Below, one piece after another: positions 7,653-17,940 of a DNA stretch of 38,782 nucleotides; position 1 is the first letter of the stretch, and every line of letters begins with the position of its first letter. The stretch covers positions 1 to 38,782 of the forward strand of contig CBDUSH010000002.1 of NCBI GenBank assembly GCA_965369965.1, written 5' to 3'. Both the position numbers and the translations under genes were made by a program. The notes under the pieces are model-generated. The model was not told where the DNA came from, did not search any database, and was given only the letters and a program-made list of their open reading frames with translations. This DNA is from an uncultured bacterium. GTDB taxonomy: Bacteria; Chloroflexota; Dehalococcoidia; Dehalococcoidales; RBG-16-60-22.

Positions 7653-8782
7653 TGAACAGCGCCATCAATAAAAAAGATATTATCACTCCCAAATTACAAC
7701 TGGTGGCCTGGGAGCTGACCCGGAGCTGTAACCTGTATTGCGCCCACTGCCGCGGCTCGGCAAGCCACGGACAATATCATGGCGAGCTGTCCACCGAGGA
7801 GTGTTTCAAAGTTATCGACCAGATATTGGAAGTAGGCAATCCCATCCTCATCCTGACCGGCGGCGAACCGCTGCTGCGCCAGGATATTCTGCAAATAGCC
7901 AGCTACGGCACTTCCCGGGGGATGAGAGTGGTCATGGGCAGCAACGGTACGCTACTTAACGATAATACCGCCGCCGATTTAAAGGCGGTGCCGATAGCCC
8001 GAATGGGGATAAGCCTGGACTTCCCGACGGCCGACCTGCAGGATAATTTCCGGGGTCAGGCCGGAGCGTTTGAACAAGCCATAGCCGGTATCGACAGCCT
8101 CCGGCAGGCGGGTATCGATATCCAGATTAACAGCACCATCACCAAGCTGAATATAAACTACCTGGATGACCTCGTTTCCCTGGCCCTGGAAAAAGGCGCT
8201 GTCGCTTTTCATCCATTCCTGCTGGTACCCACCGGCCGGGGCAAGGGGTTGGAAGCGGTGGAGCTTTCCCCACAGGAATACGAGGACACGCTGAACTGGA
8301 TATACGACCGTCAACAGGAACTGGACGGCAAGATGTTCTTCAAGCCGACCGACGCGCCTCACTACCTCAGAATTATGAAGCAGCGACAGAAACAGGACGG
8401 GCAACAAAAGCCGCCCGACCCCGCCGCTCCGGCGTCCGGGCAAGGCTCGGTGCACTCCATCACGCGCGGTTGCCTGGCCGGAACGGGTTTTTGTTTCATT
8501 GATCACCGGGGCAGTGTACGGGGCTGCGGCTACTTCGACGTGGAGGCGGGCAATATCCGGGAGGCGACTTTCGGAGAGGTATGGGAGGATTCGCCGCTCT
8601 TCGGCGACTTGAGAGACTTATCCAAACTCAAGGGTAAATGCGGCGATTGTGAGTATAAAAGAATCTGCGGCGGCTGCCGGGCACGCGCCTATGAAACCTC
8701 CGGCGACTACCTGGAGGCCGAACCTTACTGCATATATCAGCCACCGGCATGGCGCCGGAAAGAGCAAGGAGCCATAAATTAA
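7649..8782 (+). CDS. ahbD: NirJ-like radical SAM/SPASM enzyme, probably AhbD (NirJ2-type, heme b synthase)
   Basis: 377 aa. CNLYCAHC motif and a C-terminal GKCGDCEYKRICGGCRARA SPASM-type cluster. ATGA overlap with the previous gene. The assignment is tentative, as for ahbC. Confidence 0.7.
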   Translation: MMNSAINKKDIITPKLQLVAWELTRSCNLYCAHCRGSASHGQYHGELSTEECFKVIDQILEVGNPILILTGGEPLLRQDILQIASYGTSRGMRVVMGSNGTLLNDNTAADLKAVPIARMGISLDFPTADLQDNFRGQAGAFEQAIAGIDSLRQAGIDIQINSTITKLNINYLDDLVSLALEKGAVAFHPFLLVPTGRGKGLEAVELSPQEYEDTLNWIYDRQQELDGKMFFKPTDAPHYLRIMKQRQKQDGQQKPPDPAAPASGQGSVHSITRGCLAGTGFCFIDHRGSVRGCGYFDVEAGNIREATFGEVWEDSPLFGDLRDLSKLKGKCGDCEYKRICGGCRARAYETSGDYLEAEPYCIYQPPAWRRKEQGAIN

Positions 8783-8783
8783 A

Positions 8784-9767
8784 GTGGAACTGGACAGAAC
8801 CGGCCGACAGTTACTCAACCGAATACAATCGCAGTTTCCGCTGACCGCGGAGCCGTTTGCCTCCCTGGGGAGCCAATTTAACATCAGCCAGGACGAGGTA
8901 ATCAACCTCATCGCCCGGTGGAAAGCAGACCGGATTATTCGATTGATCGGCCCGGTAATGGAAGCCAGACGCCTCGGTTACCAGACGACGCTGGTAGCGA
9001 TGAGCCTTCCGGAAGATAAACTGGAAGAATCGGCACGGGTGATTACAGAACATCCCGGGGTAAGCCACAGCTACCAACGCGAACACCATTTCAACCTCTG
9101 GTTCACCCTGGCGATTCCACCATCCTCAAATATGGAGACGGAACTGGAGCATCTGACCGGACCGCTCAAGGCCGACGTCTGTTTTGCCCTGCCGGCACGG
9201 AAGCTGTTCAAGATAAACGCCTGTTTCAACATGGAGGGAGACGGCTCTCCCTCAACCGCCGATAACGGGGGCACGGACCCGGCTCTGGCCGAAAAAGCAG
9301 ATCTTTCCAGGAGAGATAAAGACGTAATCAATGCCCTCCAAACAGACCTGCCGCTGGAAAAATCGCCGTTTGCAAAAATGGCCACCCAAGCGGCCATGAA
9401 TGCGGAGGAATTCCTGGCGCACAGCCGGCAGCTGCTGGAACGAGGCATCGTGCGGCGTTACGGAGCCTCACTGAACCACCGAAAAGCCGGTTTCACTGCC
9501 AACGGGATGGCCTGCTGGGAAGTACCCGCCGAAAAAGTCGATATTGTGGGGAAAAGCCTGGCTTCAAGAAAAGAAGTCAGTCATTGCTATGAGCGGGAGA
9601 CTAACGCTCTCTGGAAGTACAACCTTTTCGCCATGATTCACGGCCAGGCCATCGAAACCTGCCGGGAAATAGCCGCTGAGGCCACCGCGGCTAACGACCT
9701 GACCGATTACGTGATGCTTTTCAGCACCCGGGAATTTAAAAAACAGAGGATAAAGTACCCGGTATGA
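8784..9767 (+). CDS. ahbAB: Fused AhbA-AhbB (NirD/L/G/H-like) siroheme decarboxylase
   Basis: 327 aa with two tandem AsnC/Lrp-like halves. The first is LLNRIQSQFPLTAEPFASLG...VSHSYQREHHFNLWFTL. The second is VINALQTDLPLEKSPFAKMA...VSHCYERETNALWKYNLFAMIHG. GTG start. Confidence 0.8.
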   Translation: MELDRTGRQLLNRIQSQFPLTAEPFASLGSQFNISQDEVINLIARWKADRIIRLIGPVMEARRLGYQTTLVAMSLPEDKLEESARVITEHPGVSHSYQREHHFNLWFTLAIPPSSNMETELEHLTGPLKADVCFALPARKLFKINACFNMEGDGSPSTADNGGTDPALAEKADLSRRDKDVINALQTDLPLEKSPFAKMATQAAMNAEEFLAHSRQLLERGIVRRYGASLNHRKAGFTANGMACWEVPAEKVDIVGKSLASRKEVSHCYERETNALWKYNLFAMIHGQAIETCREIAAEATAANDLTDYVMLFSTREFKKQRIKYPV

Positions 9768-10420
9768 GAGAGTGTAAACATACGACTTCCTATTACCCGG
9801 TTTTTTTGAAAGTGACCGGTAAGCGGTGTGTCGTCATCGGCGGGGGACCGGTGGCCTTCCGAAAGGCCAGCTCCCTCCTGAAGCATGGCGCCAGCGTTGA
9901 TGTCATCAGCCCCGAACTCTGCCCGGAACTGGCCGAACTGGCCACGGAAGGGCGGGTGCGCCTGTTCCGGAGGAATTATGAGGCGGGTGACCTGCGAGAT
10001 GCTTTTGCAGCTATTGCCGCTACCGATGACAATGAAGTCAACAATGACCTGTTAAAAGAAGCTAAAGACCGAAAAGTACTGGTCAACGTGGTGGATGATG
10101 CCGAAAATTGCGATTTTATCGTCCCGGCACTACTTCATCGGGGGGACGTCACCATTGCCGTCTCGACCTCAGGCAGAAGCCCGGCCCTGGCCCGCAAAAT
10201 CCGCACCCGGCTGGAAAATGAGTTCGGCGAGGAGTACTCGGCCCTGGCCCTTCTACTGGATGAGGTACGCAGCCGGCTAAAACAGCAGGAATTAAAAATC
10301 AGCAACGACGCCTGGCAGGAAGCAATCGACCTGGACCGGCTTACCGGTCTGCTCCGCAACGGCGAAGACGAAAAAGCGAGGCGCCTCCTGCTGGTTGGTT
10401 TAGGACTGTCACCAGATTGA
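9764..10420 (+). CDS. sirC: Precorrin-2 dehydrogenase / sirohydrochlorin ferrochelatase (siroheme synthase N-terminal-domain type)
   Basis: 218 aa. YYPVFLKVTGKRCVVIGGGPVAFRK Rossmann motif typical of the CysG N-terminus, Met8p and SirC. ATGA overlap with ahbAB. Confidence 0.85.
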   Translation: MRECKHTTSYYPVFLKVTGKRCVVIGGGPVAFRKASSLLKHGASVDVISPELCPELAELATEGRVRLFRRNYEAGDLRDAFAAIAATDDNEVNNDLLKEAKDRKVLVNVVDDAENCDFIVPALLHRGDVTIAVSTSGRSPALARKIRTRLENEFGEEYSALALLLDEVRSRLKQQELKISNDAWQEAIDLDRLTGLLRNGEDEKARRLLLVGLGLSPD

Positions 10421-10437
10421 GAGCGAGGTAATACCAG

Positions 10438-11694
10438 ATGCAACTTAGTTTAGTAGGCATAAATCACCGGACGGCACCGGTCGCCATCAGGGAAAAGGCC
10501 GCCATCCGGACAGGAAAAATCGATGATTCTCTATCCCGCCTGGGACGTTATGTCGACCACGGTATCATACTGTCCACCTGCAACCGCACCGAGGTCTATA
10601 CCACCAACGGCGATGGCGGGCACGGCCGGGAAGCCCTCTTTGATTTCTTGAAAACTCATCTGGAGACAACCGACACCGACCTGTCCCAGTACACCTATAT
10701 CCTCAAGGATAAAGAAGCGGTGGCCCACCTCTTCCAGACTACCTGCGGTCTCGACTCGATGATTATCGGGGAGTACGAAGTATTGGGACAGGTGGGACAG
10801 GCGCTGGAAAACGCTGAGCGGATAAAGATGACCAACCTGCCACTACGACAGCTTTTCCAGGGGGCAATCAGGACCGGGCGGCGGGTACGAGAGGAAACCG
10901 GTATCAGCAAGAACGCCCTTTCGGTCAGTTCGGTGGCAGTGGATATGGCGACCCGGGTAGTTGGTGACCTCACCAAGTGCCGGATGCTGGTCATCGGCGC
11001 CGGCGAAGCGGGCAGGCTGGTGGCCAAGGCCGCCAAAGACCGGGGCGTCAACTCGATATTAATCGCCAGCCGGACCCAGGAAAGAGCGGCGATGCTGACC
11101 GAGGCCCTGGGCGGGACTCCTATCAGCCTGAGCAACCTGGCCGGGGAAATGCCCACTTGCGATATTATCGTCACCTGCGCCGACGCGCCGCACTGGATAG
11201 TCAGTGCCGACCACGTGGCAGCGGCCATGAAACTGCGCTCCGGTTCACCGATGGTTATTATCGACATTGCGGTACCCCGCAACGTCGATCCAGCAGTAGC
11301 TGAAATAGACAACGTTTACCTCCATAATATCGACGGATTGACCCAGATTTCAGACCAGAACCATCAGCAGCGTGAGGGTGAGGTTGAGAAAGCCGTGGAG
11401 ATAATAATGAGCGAAATCGCCGAGTTTAATACCTGGTGGCAAACGTTGGAGGTCAGACCAGTGGTGAGCGCTTTGATGAAAAAGGCGGAAGAGATACGCC
11501 GCGCCCAACTTGAGAAGACGCTCAAGAAACTCGGCGCCCTCTCCGAAGAAGAACTTGAATCCCTGGAAGCGATGACAAAATCAATCGTCACCAAGATTCT
11601 TCGGGAACCGGTACGATACCTGAAAACAAATGTGAACGGCAACGCCGAAGTGGTGAGGGAGCTTTTCCGGTTAACCGAGGAGAAACCTAAATGA
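10438..11694 (+). CDS. hemA: Glutamyl-tRNA reductase
   Basis: 418 aa. Motifs: LVGINHRTAPVAIREK, STCNRTEVY (catalytic Cys), GAGEAG NADPH site. Confidence 0.95.
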   Translation: MQLSLVGINHRTAPVAIREKAAIRTGKIDDSLSRLGRYVDHGIILSTCNRTEVYTTNGDGGHGREALFDFLKTHLETTDTDLSQYTYILKDKEAVAHLFQTTCGLDSMIIGEYEVLGQVGQALENAERIKMTNLPLRQLFQGAIRTGRRVREETGISKNALSVSSVAVDMATRVVGDLTKCRMLVIGAGEAGRLVAKAAKDRGVNSILIASRTQERAAMLTEALGGTPISLSNLAGEMPTCDIIVTCADAPHWIVSADHVAAAMKLRSGSPMVIIDIAVPRNVDPAVAEIDNVYLHNIDGLTQISDQNHQQREGEVEKAVEIIMSEIAEFNTWWQTLEVRPVVSALMKKAEEIRRAQLEKTLKKLGALSEEELESLEAMTKSIVTKILREPVRYLKTNVNGNAEVVRELFRLTEEKPK

Positions 11695-12614
11695 AGGGTG
11701 AAATAGTAATCGGTTCACGGGGGAGCAAACTCGCCCTGATTCAAGCCGGGTACGTCGCCGACAGAATAAAAGAAGCCAATCCACACCTGGCAGTCAGCCT
11801 CAGCACTATCGTGACTACCGGTGACCGCAACACCCATATTCAGTTCGACCAGATGAATGCAATCGGTATCTTCGTCAAGGAACTGGAGACGGCCTTGATA
11901 GAGGGCAGGATAGACCTGGCGGTACACAGCGTCAAAGACATGCCAACGGAGATTCCGGAGAACCTGTACCTGGCGGCGACCACCGAGCGAGCCGACCCAA
12001 GAGACGTGCTGGTGTCCGGATACGGGACCATCAGCCAGCTTCCCCATGGAGCCAGTATAGGCACCGGCAGCCTGCGGCGCGAAGTCCAGGTAGCCCGGCT
12101 CCGACCCGACGTGACGGCGGGCGGTATCCGGGGTAACGTGGCTACCCGCCTGCGTAAAGTGGCTGACGGCGAGTTCGCCGGGGTGATACTGGCGGCGGCA
12201 GCCATGCAGCGACTGGGCCGGGAAAGCGAGATAACCGAATACCTGTCCCTGGAGAGTTTTTTACCCGCCGTGGGACAGGGAGCGCTGGGAATAGAAATCC
12301 GGCGGGGAGATGAAGCGGTGGCCGAAATCGTGGCTACCATCAACCATTTGTCAACCTGGCAGGCAATCTCCGCCGAACGCGCTTTTCTCTACGCCCTGGG
12401 TGGCGGATGCCGGGCGCCTATCGCGGCGCTAGGGACAGTAAAGGGCGATATTTTAAAGTTGGAAGGAATGGTGGCCAGCGTGAGTCAAAGGAAGATGCTC
12501 TGCGATTCGTTAGAGGGCAGCGCGGCGAACCCTGAAAATACCGGACGGGAACTGGCTCGGAAACTACTGGGCGAGGGAGCGTCCGATTTTATTGCCGAGG
12601 TACAAGATGTTTAA
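11691..12614 (+). CDS. hemC: Hydroxymethylbilane synthase (porphobilinogen deaminase)
   Basis: 307 aa. Motifs: IGSRGSKLALIQA, AVHSVKDMPT, GGCRAPIAA (dipyrromethane Cys). ATGA overlap with hemA. Confidence 0.95.
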   Translation: MKGEIVIGSRGSKLALIQAGYVADRIKEANPHLAVSLSTIVTTGDRNTHIQFDQMNAIGIFVKELETALIEGRIDLAVHSVKDMPTEIPENLYLAATTERADPRDVLVSGYGTISQLPHGASIGTGSLRREVQVARLRPDVTAGGIRGNVATRLRKVADGEFAGVILAAAAMQRLGRESEITEYLSLESFLPAVGQGALGIEIRRGDEAVAEIVATINHLSTWQAISAERAFLYALGGGCRAPIAALGTVKGDILKLEGMVASVSQRKMLCDSLEGSAANPENTGRELARKLLGEGASDFIAEVQDV

Positions 12615-14130
12615 AACAGGTAAAGTCTACCTGGTCGGTGCCGGTCCGGGCGACCCGGGCCTGATTACGCAAAAAGGAATCTGGTGTCTCAATAAAGCCG
12701 AGGTGGTGGTCTACGATAACCTGCTCGATAAGCACCTGCTTGAGCAGTCACCGGCGGGCGTGGAAAAGATATACGTAGGGAAACGCGCCGGTAAGCACGC
12801 CAAAACCCAGAGTGAGATAAACTGTCTGCTTGTCGATAAAGCCCGGGAAGGTAAAGCCGTGGTGCGACTAAAGGGCGGCGACCCGTTTGTGCTGGGGAGA
12901 GGTGGAGAGGAGGCCGAGACCCTGGCGGAGGAAGGTATCAGCTACGAGGTGGTGCCGGGGATAACTTCGGCGGTGGCGGTACCGGCTTATGCCGGAATTC
13001 CGGTCACCCACCGCAGTCGGGCGTCTTCTTTCGCGGTGATTACCGGACACGAAGACCCGGCCAAGGAAACATCGAGCATCGCCTGGGAGAAACTGGCCAC
13101 CGGAGTGGACACGCTGGTCTTCCTGATGGGTATGCACAACCTGCCCGGAATCGCCGCCAAACTTACCGAGCATGGACGTCCGGCGGATACCCCGGTGGCG
13201 GTGATTAAAGACGGCACCAGCCATCGGCAGATAACGGTTGTCGGCACGCTGGCCAACATCGCCGCCCTGGTTGAGGAAAGACAGATAAGCGCTCCGGCGG
13301 TGATAGTGGTCGGGGAAGTGGTCAACCTCAGAGAGAAACTCGCCTGGTTTGATAACCGGCCTCTCTTTAATAAACGCGTCCTGGTGACGCGGTCCAGGCA
13401 CCAGGCAAGTGCCCTGAGCAAGCTGCTCAGCGAACGCGGCGCCCAGCCGATTGAACTACCGGCCATCGATGTGCAGCCGATAAACGATAACACGGAGCTT
13501 GACCGGGCGATTGACGCTATGGACAGCTACCAATGGGTCCTCTTCACCAGCGTCAACGGTGTGGAGGCTTTTTTTGAACGGCTTAACGACCTGAAGTTTG
13601 ATTCCCGCGCCCTGGGCGGCAAAATAGTTGGCGCCATCGGCTCGGCAACGGCGAGTGCGCTGGAAACGAAGGGGATTATACCTGATTTTGTGCCCGACAC
13701 CTTCACCAGTGAGGGAATCATCGCCGGACTGAAGAGCCGGAATATCGACGGACAACGGTTCCTGCTGCCGAGGGCGGATATCGCCGATAAAGAGTTGATA
13801 TCGGGACTGGTCAAACTCGGAGCGGAGGCAAAAGAGGTAGCCGTCTACCGCACCGTTCCAGCCACCGAAAGTATCGCCGAGGCCAGGCAACGGCTATTGG
13901 CCGGAGAAATCGACGTTATCACATTCACCAGTTCGTCAACGGTAACCAACCTGCTGGCAGCCCTTCCAGAAGGACTACCGAAGATAAATAATTATAAGGT
14001 TGCCTGTATCGGCCCCAAAACGGCGGCTACCGCCGCCGGAGCCGGACTGAAAATAGATATCATGGCCGATGAGCAGACCATACCCGGCCTGGTGGCCGCC
14101 ATAGAAACGTATTTCGGCAAGGAGGTTTAG
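12607..14130 (+). CDS. cobA-hemD: Uroporphyrinogen-III C-methyltransferase / uroporphyrinogen-III synthase fusion
   Basis: VYLVGAGPGDPGLIT and KGGDPFVLGRGGEE (SUMT motifs), followed by a C-terminal HemD-like half. I prefer ATG 12607 (an 8-nt overlap with hemC) over the track TTG at 12592. Confidence 0.92.
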   Translation: MFKTGKVYLVGAGPGDPGLITQKGIWCLNKAEVVVYDNLLDKHLLEQSPAGVEKIYVGKRAGKHAKTQSEINCLLVDKAREGKAVVRLKGGDPFVLGRGGEEAETLAEEGISYEVVPGITSAVAVPAYAGIPVTHRSRASSFAVITGHEDPAKETSSIAWEKLATGVDTLVFLMGMHNLPGIAAKLTEHGRPADTPVAVIKDGTSHRQITVVGTLANIAALVEERQISAPAVIVVGEVVNLREKLAWFDNRPLFNKRVLVTRSRHQASALSKLLSERGAQPIELPAIDVQPINDNTELDRAIDAMDSYQWVLFTSVNGVEAFFERLNDLKFDSRALGGKIVGAIGSATASALETKGIIPDFVPDTFTSEGIIAGLKSRNIDGQRFLLPRADIADKELISGLVKLGAEAKEVAVYRTVPATESIAEARQRLLAGEIDVITFTSSSTVTNLLAALPEGLPKINNYKVACIGPKTAATAAGAGLKIDIMADEQTIPGLVAAIETYFGKEV

Positions 14131-15108
14131 ATGGCCGGTTTTCCTGAAATACGCCTGCGCCGCCTGCGCCGGACGGCAACATTAAGAGCCCTGGTGCGGG
14201 AAACCCATGTTGACATAGCCGACCTGGTGTATCCGATGTTCATCGTTGAAGGCAAGGGGATAAAGCAGGAAATAAGCTCGATGCCGGAGGTATTCCGGTT
14301 CTCTCCCGACCGTCTGGCTGAAGAAGTAACCGAAATAGCCGGACTGGGTATCCCGGCGGTACTGCTCTTCGGCATACCGGAAAACAAAGATGAAACCGGT
14401 TCATCGGGTTTGCAGGCCGAAGGTGTCGTCCAGCAGGCGATACGGGTCATTAAAAAAACGGCCCCAGAACTGCTGGTGATAACCGATGTCTGTCTCTGCG
14501 AATACACCAGCCACGGCCACTGCGGGGTAATTGTCGACGGACAGGTCGATAACGACCGGACACTATCATTACTGGCGAAGATGTCCCTGTCCCACGCCGA
14601 AGCCGGCGCCGACATTATCGCCCCCTCGGACATGATGGACGGTCGGGTGAAAACAATCCGCCAGGCACTGGACGAGACCGGATTCCAGCATATCCCCATT
14701 CTGGCCTACACCGCCAAGTACGCTTCGGCGTTTTACGGGCCTTTCCGCGAGGCGGCGGATTCGACACCGCAGTTCGGCGACCGCCTTGCTTACCAGATGG
14801 ACCCGGCCAATGCCCGCGAGGCCCTTCGGGAGGCGGAACAGGATATCGCCGAGGGAGCCGATATCATCATGGTAAAGCCGGCACTGGCCTACCTGGACGT
14901 GATAAGGCAGATACGCAATAATTACAACGTCCCGCTGGCCGCTTACAGTGTCAGTGGAGAGTACGCCATGATTAAGGCAGCCGCCCAGCGGGGCTGGCTG
15001 GATGAAAAACGAGTGGTCATGGAGACACTCACCGCCATCAAGCGAGCCGGCGCCGATATAATTCTGACTTACCACGCCAAGGATGTGGGCCGGTGGCGAA
15101 AGGAATAA
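14131..15108 (+). CDS. hemB: Porphobilinogen synthase (ALA dehydratase)
   Basis: 325 aa. Motifs: [20 protein letters not shown] (Zn-Cys site), IMVKPAL (Schiff-base Lys). Confidence 0.95.
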   Translation: MAGFPEIRLRRLRRTATLRALVRETHVDIADLVYPMFIVEGKGIKQEISSMPEVFRFSPDRLAEEVTEIAGLGIPAVLLFGIPENKDETGSSGLQAEGVVQQAIRVIKKTAPELLVITDVCLCEYTSHGHCGVIVDGQVDNDRTLSLLAKMSLSHAEAGADIIAPSDMMDGRVKTIRQALDETGFQHIPILAYTAKYASAFYGPFREAADSTPQFGDRLAYQMDPANAREALREAEQDIAEGADIIMVKPALAYLDVIRQIRNNYNVPLAAYSVSGEYAMIKAAAQRGWLDEKRVVMETLTAIKRAGADIILTYHAKDVGRWRKE

Positions 15109-15121
15109 TAAGGAGGTCCCG

Positions 15122-16411
15122 ATGAACCAGGAACATTCGAAGCAACTTTTCCAGGAAGCGCAGCAGTATCTACCCGGTGGAGTCAACAGCCCGGCGCGCG
15201 CCTTCAAGGCGGTGGGCGGTACTCCTCCATTCATGGTAAAAGGAAAAGACTCAAAAATATTCGACGCCGATAATAATGAGTATATCGATTTTGTCTGTTC
15301 GTGGGGGCCTTTGATTCTGGGGCATACCCATCCTCAGGTAGTGGCAGCGTTGAAACGAGTTGTCGAACTAGGCACCAGCTTCGGCGCACCGACCGAGCTA
15401 GAGATAACGCTGGCCAAGATGGTATGCGATGCCGTACCATCAATCGAGATGGTGCGCTTCGTAAATTCGGGGACGGAAGCTACCATGAGCGCGCTGCGGC
15501 TGGCGCGGGCATTTACCGGCCGGGATAAGGTCATAAAATTCGACGGCGGCTATCACGGTCACGCCGACGGGCTGCTGGTCAAAGGCGGCTCCGCTATGGC
15601 CACGCTGAGCATACCCGATTCTCCAGGGGTACCGGCCTCTTATGCCGAGAATACGCTGGTGGCGCCCTATAACGATATTGAAGCTGTAGAGCAGCTGTTC
15701 CGTCAGAACGAGGGGAACATCGCGGCGGTAATAATCGAGCCGGTCGCCGCCAACATGGGGGTGGTGCCTCCTCAACCCGGTTTCCTGGCCGGCTTGCGCC
15801 AACTGACGGAAGGGATGGGAGCGCTGCTTATCTTCGACGAAGTTATCACCGGTTTCCGCGTCGCCTACGGCGGGGCACAGGCGTTGTACGGAATCAACCC
15901 GGACCTGACTTGCCTGGGCAAGATTATCGGCGGAGGATTGCCGGTGGGCGCCTACGGTGGCAAGCGCGAAATCATGGCCAAGATGGCGCCAACCGGGTCA
16001 GTCTACCAGGCAGGCACATTGTCCGGCAACCCGCTGGCAATGACCGCCGGGATAACCACCCTTACGGCACTGGGACAGCCCGGGGTTTATGAGCAACTGG
16101 AAAATACCACCTGCCGGCTGGAAGCGGGCATCACCAGGGCAGCGGCGGCAGCCGACGTGGAGGTAAACATCTCGCGAGTGGCTTCCCTGCTGACCATATT
16201 CTTCACCGGTAACGCGGCGCTGAACTACCAGTCGGTGGCGGCATCGGATACGGTACGGTTCGGGCGGTTTTTCTGGCAATTGCTGGAGCAGGGGATTTAC
16301 TGGCCTCCGTCACAATTCGAGGCGGCGTTTATCTCCCTGGCCCACAGCGAGAAAGATATTGAGACGACCGTGGCCGCCATCAGCACGGCTTTTAAATCTT
16401 TAAACGCATAG
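15122..16411 (+). CDS. hemL: Glutamate-1-semialdehyde 2,1-aminomutase
   Basis: [21 protein letters not shown] and GKIIGGGLP (PLP Lys) motifs. Start set at ATG 15122, behind AAGGAGG (15110-15116), rather than the track start at 15083, which overlaps hemB. Confidence 0.95.
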   Translation: MNQEHSKQLFQEAQQYLPGGVNSPARAFKAVGGTPPFMVKGKDSKIFDADNNEYIDFVCSWGPLILGHTHPQVVAALKRVVELGTSFGAPTELEITLAKMVCDAVPSIEMVRFVNSGTEATMSALRLARAFTGRDKVIKFDGGYHGHADGLLVKGGSAMATLSIPDSPGVPASYAENTLVAPYNDIEAVEQLFRQNEGNIAAVIIEPVAANMGVVPPQPGFLAGLRQLTEGMGALLIFDEVITGFRVAYGGAQALYGINPDLTCLGKIIGGGLPVGAYGGKREIMAKMAPTGSVYQAGTLSGNPLAMTAGITTLTALGQPGVYEQLENTTCRLEAGITRAAAAADVEVNISRVASLLTIFFTGNAALNYQSVAASDTVRFGRFFWQLLEQGIYWPPSQFEAAFISLAHSEKDIETTVAAISTAFKSLNA

Positions 16412-16508
16412 AAGTAGTACCGGACAACCAAAGACGGTGTAACCAGCGGGGTGAAATTACGCCCAATATCTGCCGGCCATCCCGGCTACCTTGCGTCGCC
16501 CGGTTCCG

Positions 16509-16538
16509 TTGTCAAAATGTTACCGAAGGTGCTACAAT
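16509..16538 (+). promoter_or_regulatory. Candidate promoter (TTGTCA-18 nt-TACAAT) with about 117-nt leader
   Basis: Read directly. It lies inside the N-terminal extension suggested by the ORF track (16491), which argues for the ATG 16662 start of the aminotransferase. Confidence 0.35.
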
Positions 16539-16661
16539 TTCCGAGAAGCTATCCATCTAAAAATTAAAATAACCTGTTTCCGAGATAATACGAAAAGAGC
16601 CATAAGGCGCCAAGCAGCCGCGGCGATTTCCGGTTGGCAGCAGGGAGGAGACACGGGGAAG

Positions 16662-17873
16662 ATGCCCGACAAAATAATTGCCACCCCCAGGGTACGAACG
16701 TCGCGCCTGGTAAACCAGGTACCCGACATAGGATTCAGCAAATTCCTGAGCCTGTTCCATTCACTTCCTCAGGAAGGGGAACGGATTATCTCACTGGGGG
16801 TTGGGGAACCTGATTTCACCACCCCCTGGCATATCTGCGAAGCCGGTCTGGAGGCCTTAAAAAAGGGGCAGACCAGGTATACTCCCAGCGCCGGTTTCCC
16901 GGAGTTGAAACTTGCCGTGGCGCAGAACATCGAAAACCGTTACGGTGTCCGCTACGACCCGGAGAGTGAGATTGTCATCACGGTGGGTTCCAGCCAGGCG
17001 ATGGACCTCGCTTTCCGTGCCCTCCTGGATCCGGGTGATGAAGTGGTCATGCCCGACCCTTACTACATTTGCTATCCGTCCTGCATTACTATGGCGCACG
17101 GCATCCCGATGACGGTGCCGACCACAGCCGAAAACAGCTTTAAACTCGAAGCGAGACAACTCGAAGCCCACCTCACTCCCCGGACAAAGATAATTCTCTT
17201 TGGCTATCCGGCCAACCCGACCGGCACCGAAATGAGCCGCGAAGAGCTGGCCGAAATTGCCGAAGTAGCCCAAAAACACGACTTACTGGTGATATCGGAT
17301 GAAATATACAGCCGGCTGACTTACGGGGTTGAGCATACCTGTTTCCCCAGCCTGCCGGGAATGAAAGAGCGCACCGTTCTGCTTGATGGATTTTCCAAAG
17401 CTTACGCCATGACCGGATGGCGCCTGGGTTACGCCGCCGGCCCGGCGGACATCATCGCCGCCATGTGCAAGATACACCAGAACACGATGCTCAGCCCGGC
17501 CAGCATGGCCCAGATGGCCGCCATTGAAGCTCTCAAGAGTGGTGAAGACGATGTCCGGCAGATGCTGGACGAATACAGTCAGCGCCGCAAGGTAATCGTC
17601 CGGGGGTTGAACGATATCGGCCTCAAATGCCATGAACCGATGGGCGCTTTTTACGCTTTTCCTTCGGTCAAGATAACCGGTATGACCTCAGGAGATTTCA
17701 TGGAGACCCTGCTCCGCGAGGAGAGAGTGGTGGTCATGCCCGGCGACCTCTTCGGACGGCAGGGTGAAGGTTTTATACGTTGCTGCTATGCCGCCTCACT
17801 GCCCGACATAGAAGAGGCTCTGAAGCGACTGGCTCGATTTGTGCAGCGCCACCCCGGCGAGGTACGGGCCTGA
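16662..17873 (+). CDS. Class I/II PLP aminotransferase (AspC/AspB-like)
   Basis: 403 aa from ATG 16662, with GGGAGGAG 12 nt upstream. Motifs: GEPDF, NPTG, SKAYAMTGWRLGY (PLP Lys). The substrate cannot be determined from the sequence. Confidence 0.85.
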   Translation: MPDKIIATPRVRTSRLVNQVPDIGFSKFLSLFHSLPQEGERIISLGVGEPDFTTPWHICEAGLEALKKGQTRYTPSAGFPELKLAVAQNIENRYGVRYDPESEIVITVGSSQAMDLAFRALLDPGDEVVMPDPYYICYPSCITMAHGIPMTVPTTAENSFKLEARQLEAHLTPRTKIILFGYPANPTGTEMSREELAEIAEVAQKHDLLVISDEIYSRLTYGVEHTCFPSLPGMKERTVLLDGFSKAYAMTGWRLGYAAGPADIIAAMCKIHQNTMLSPASMAQMAAIEALKSGEDDVRQMLDEYSQRRKVIVRGLNDIGLKCHEPMGAFYAFPSVKITGMTSGDFMETLLREERVVVMPGDLFGRQGEGFIRCCYAASLPDIEEALKRLARFVQRHPGEVRA

Positions 17874-17940
17874 GCCGGGCCAGCTGGGTCTAATTCCTGA
17901 AAGGGTTCGGCCTTCAGGTGGTGGGGGTCCTGACAGACGG

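Noticed and set aside
7979-8506. 175-aa minus-strand ORF
   Set aside because: It is antisense to the radical SAM gene (7649-8782). It has no motifs and arises from GC-rich codon bias.
10695-12343. Minus-strand ORFs of 205, 110 and 167 aa
   Set aside because: They are antisense shadows of hemA and hemC. Their Ser/Arg/Pro/Ala-rich composition is typical of reverse-frame translation.
12868-15234. Minus-strand ORFs (177, 168, 144, 95, 190 and 221 aa)
   Set aside because: They are antisense to cobA-hemD, hemB and hemL, which are unambiguous. None has an RBS or a motif.
16491-16661. 57-codon N-terminal extension of the aminotransferase
   Set aside because: It begins upstream of the predicted promoter (16509-16538), is Arg/Cys-rich and unlike aminotransferase N-termini. 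ATG 16662 has a GGGAGGAG RBS.
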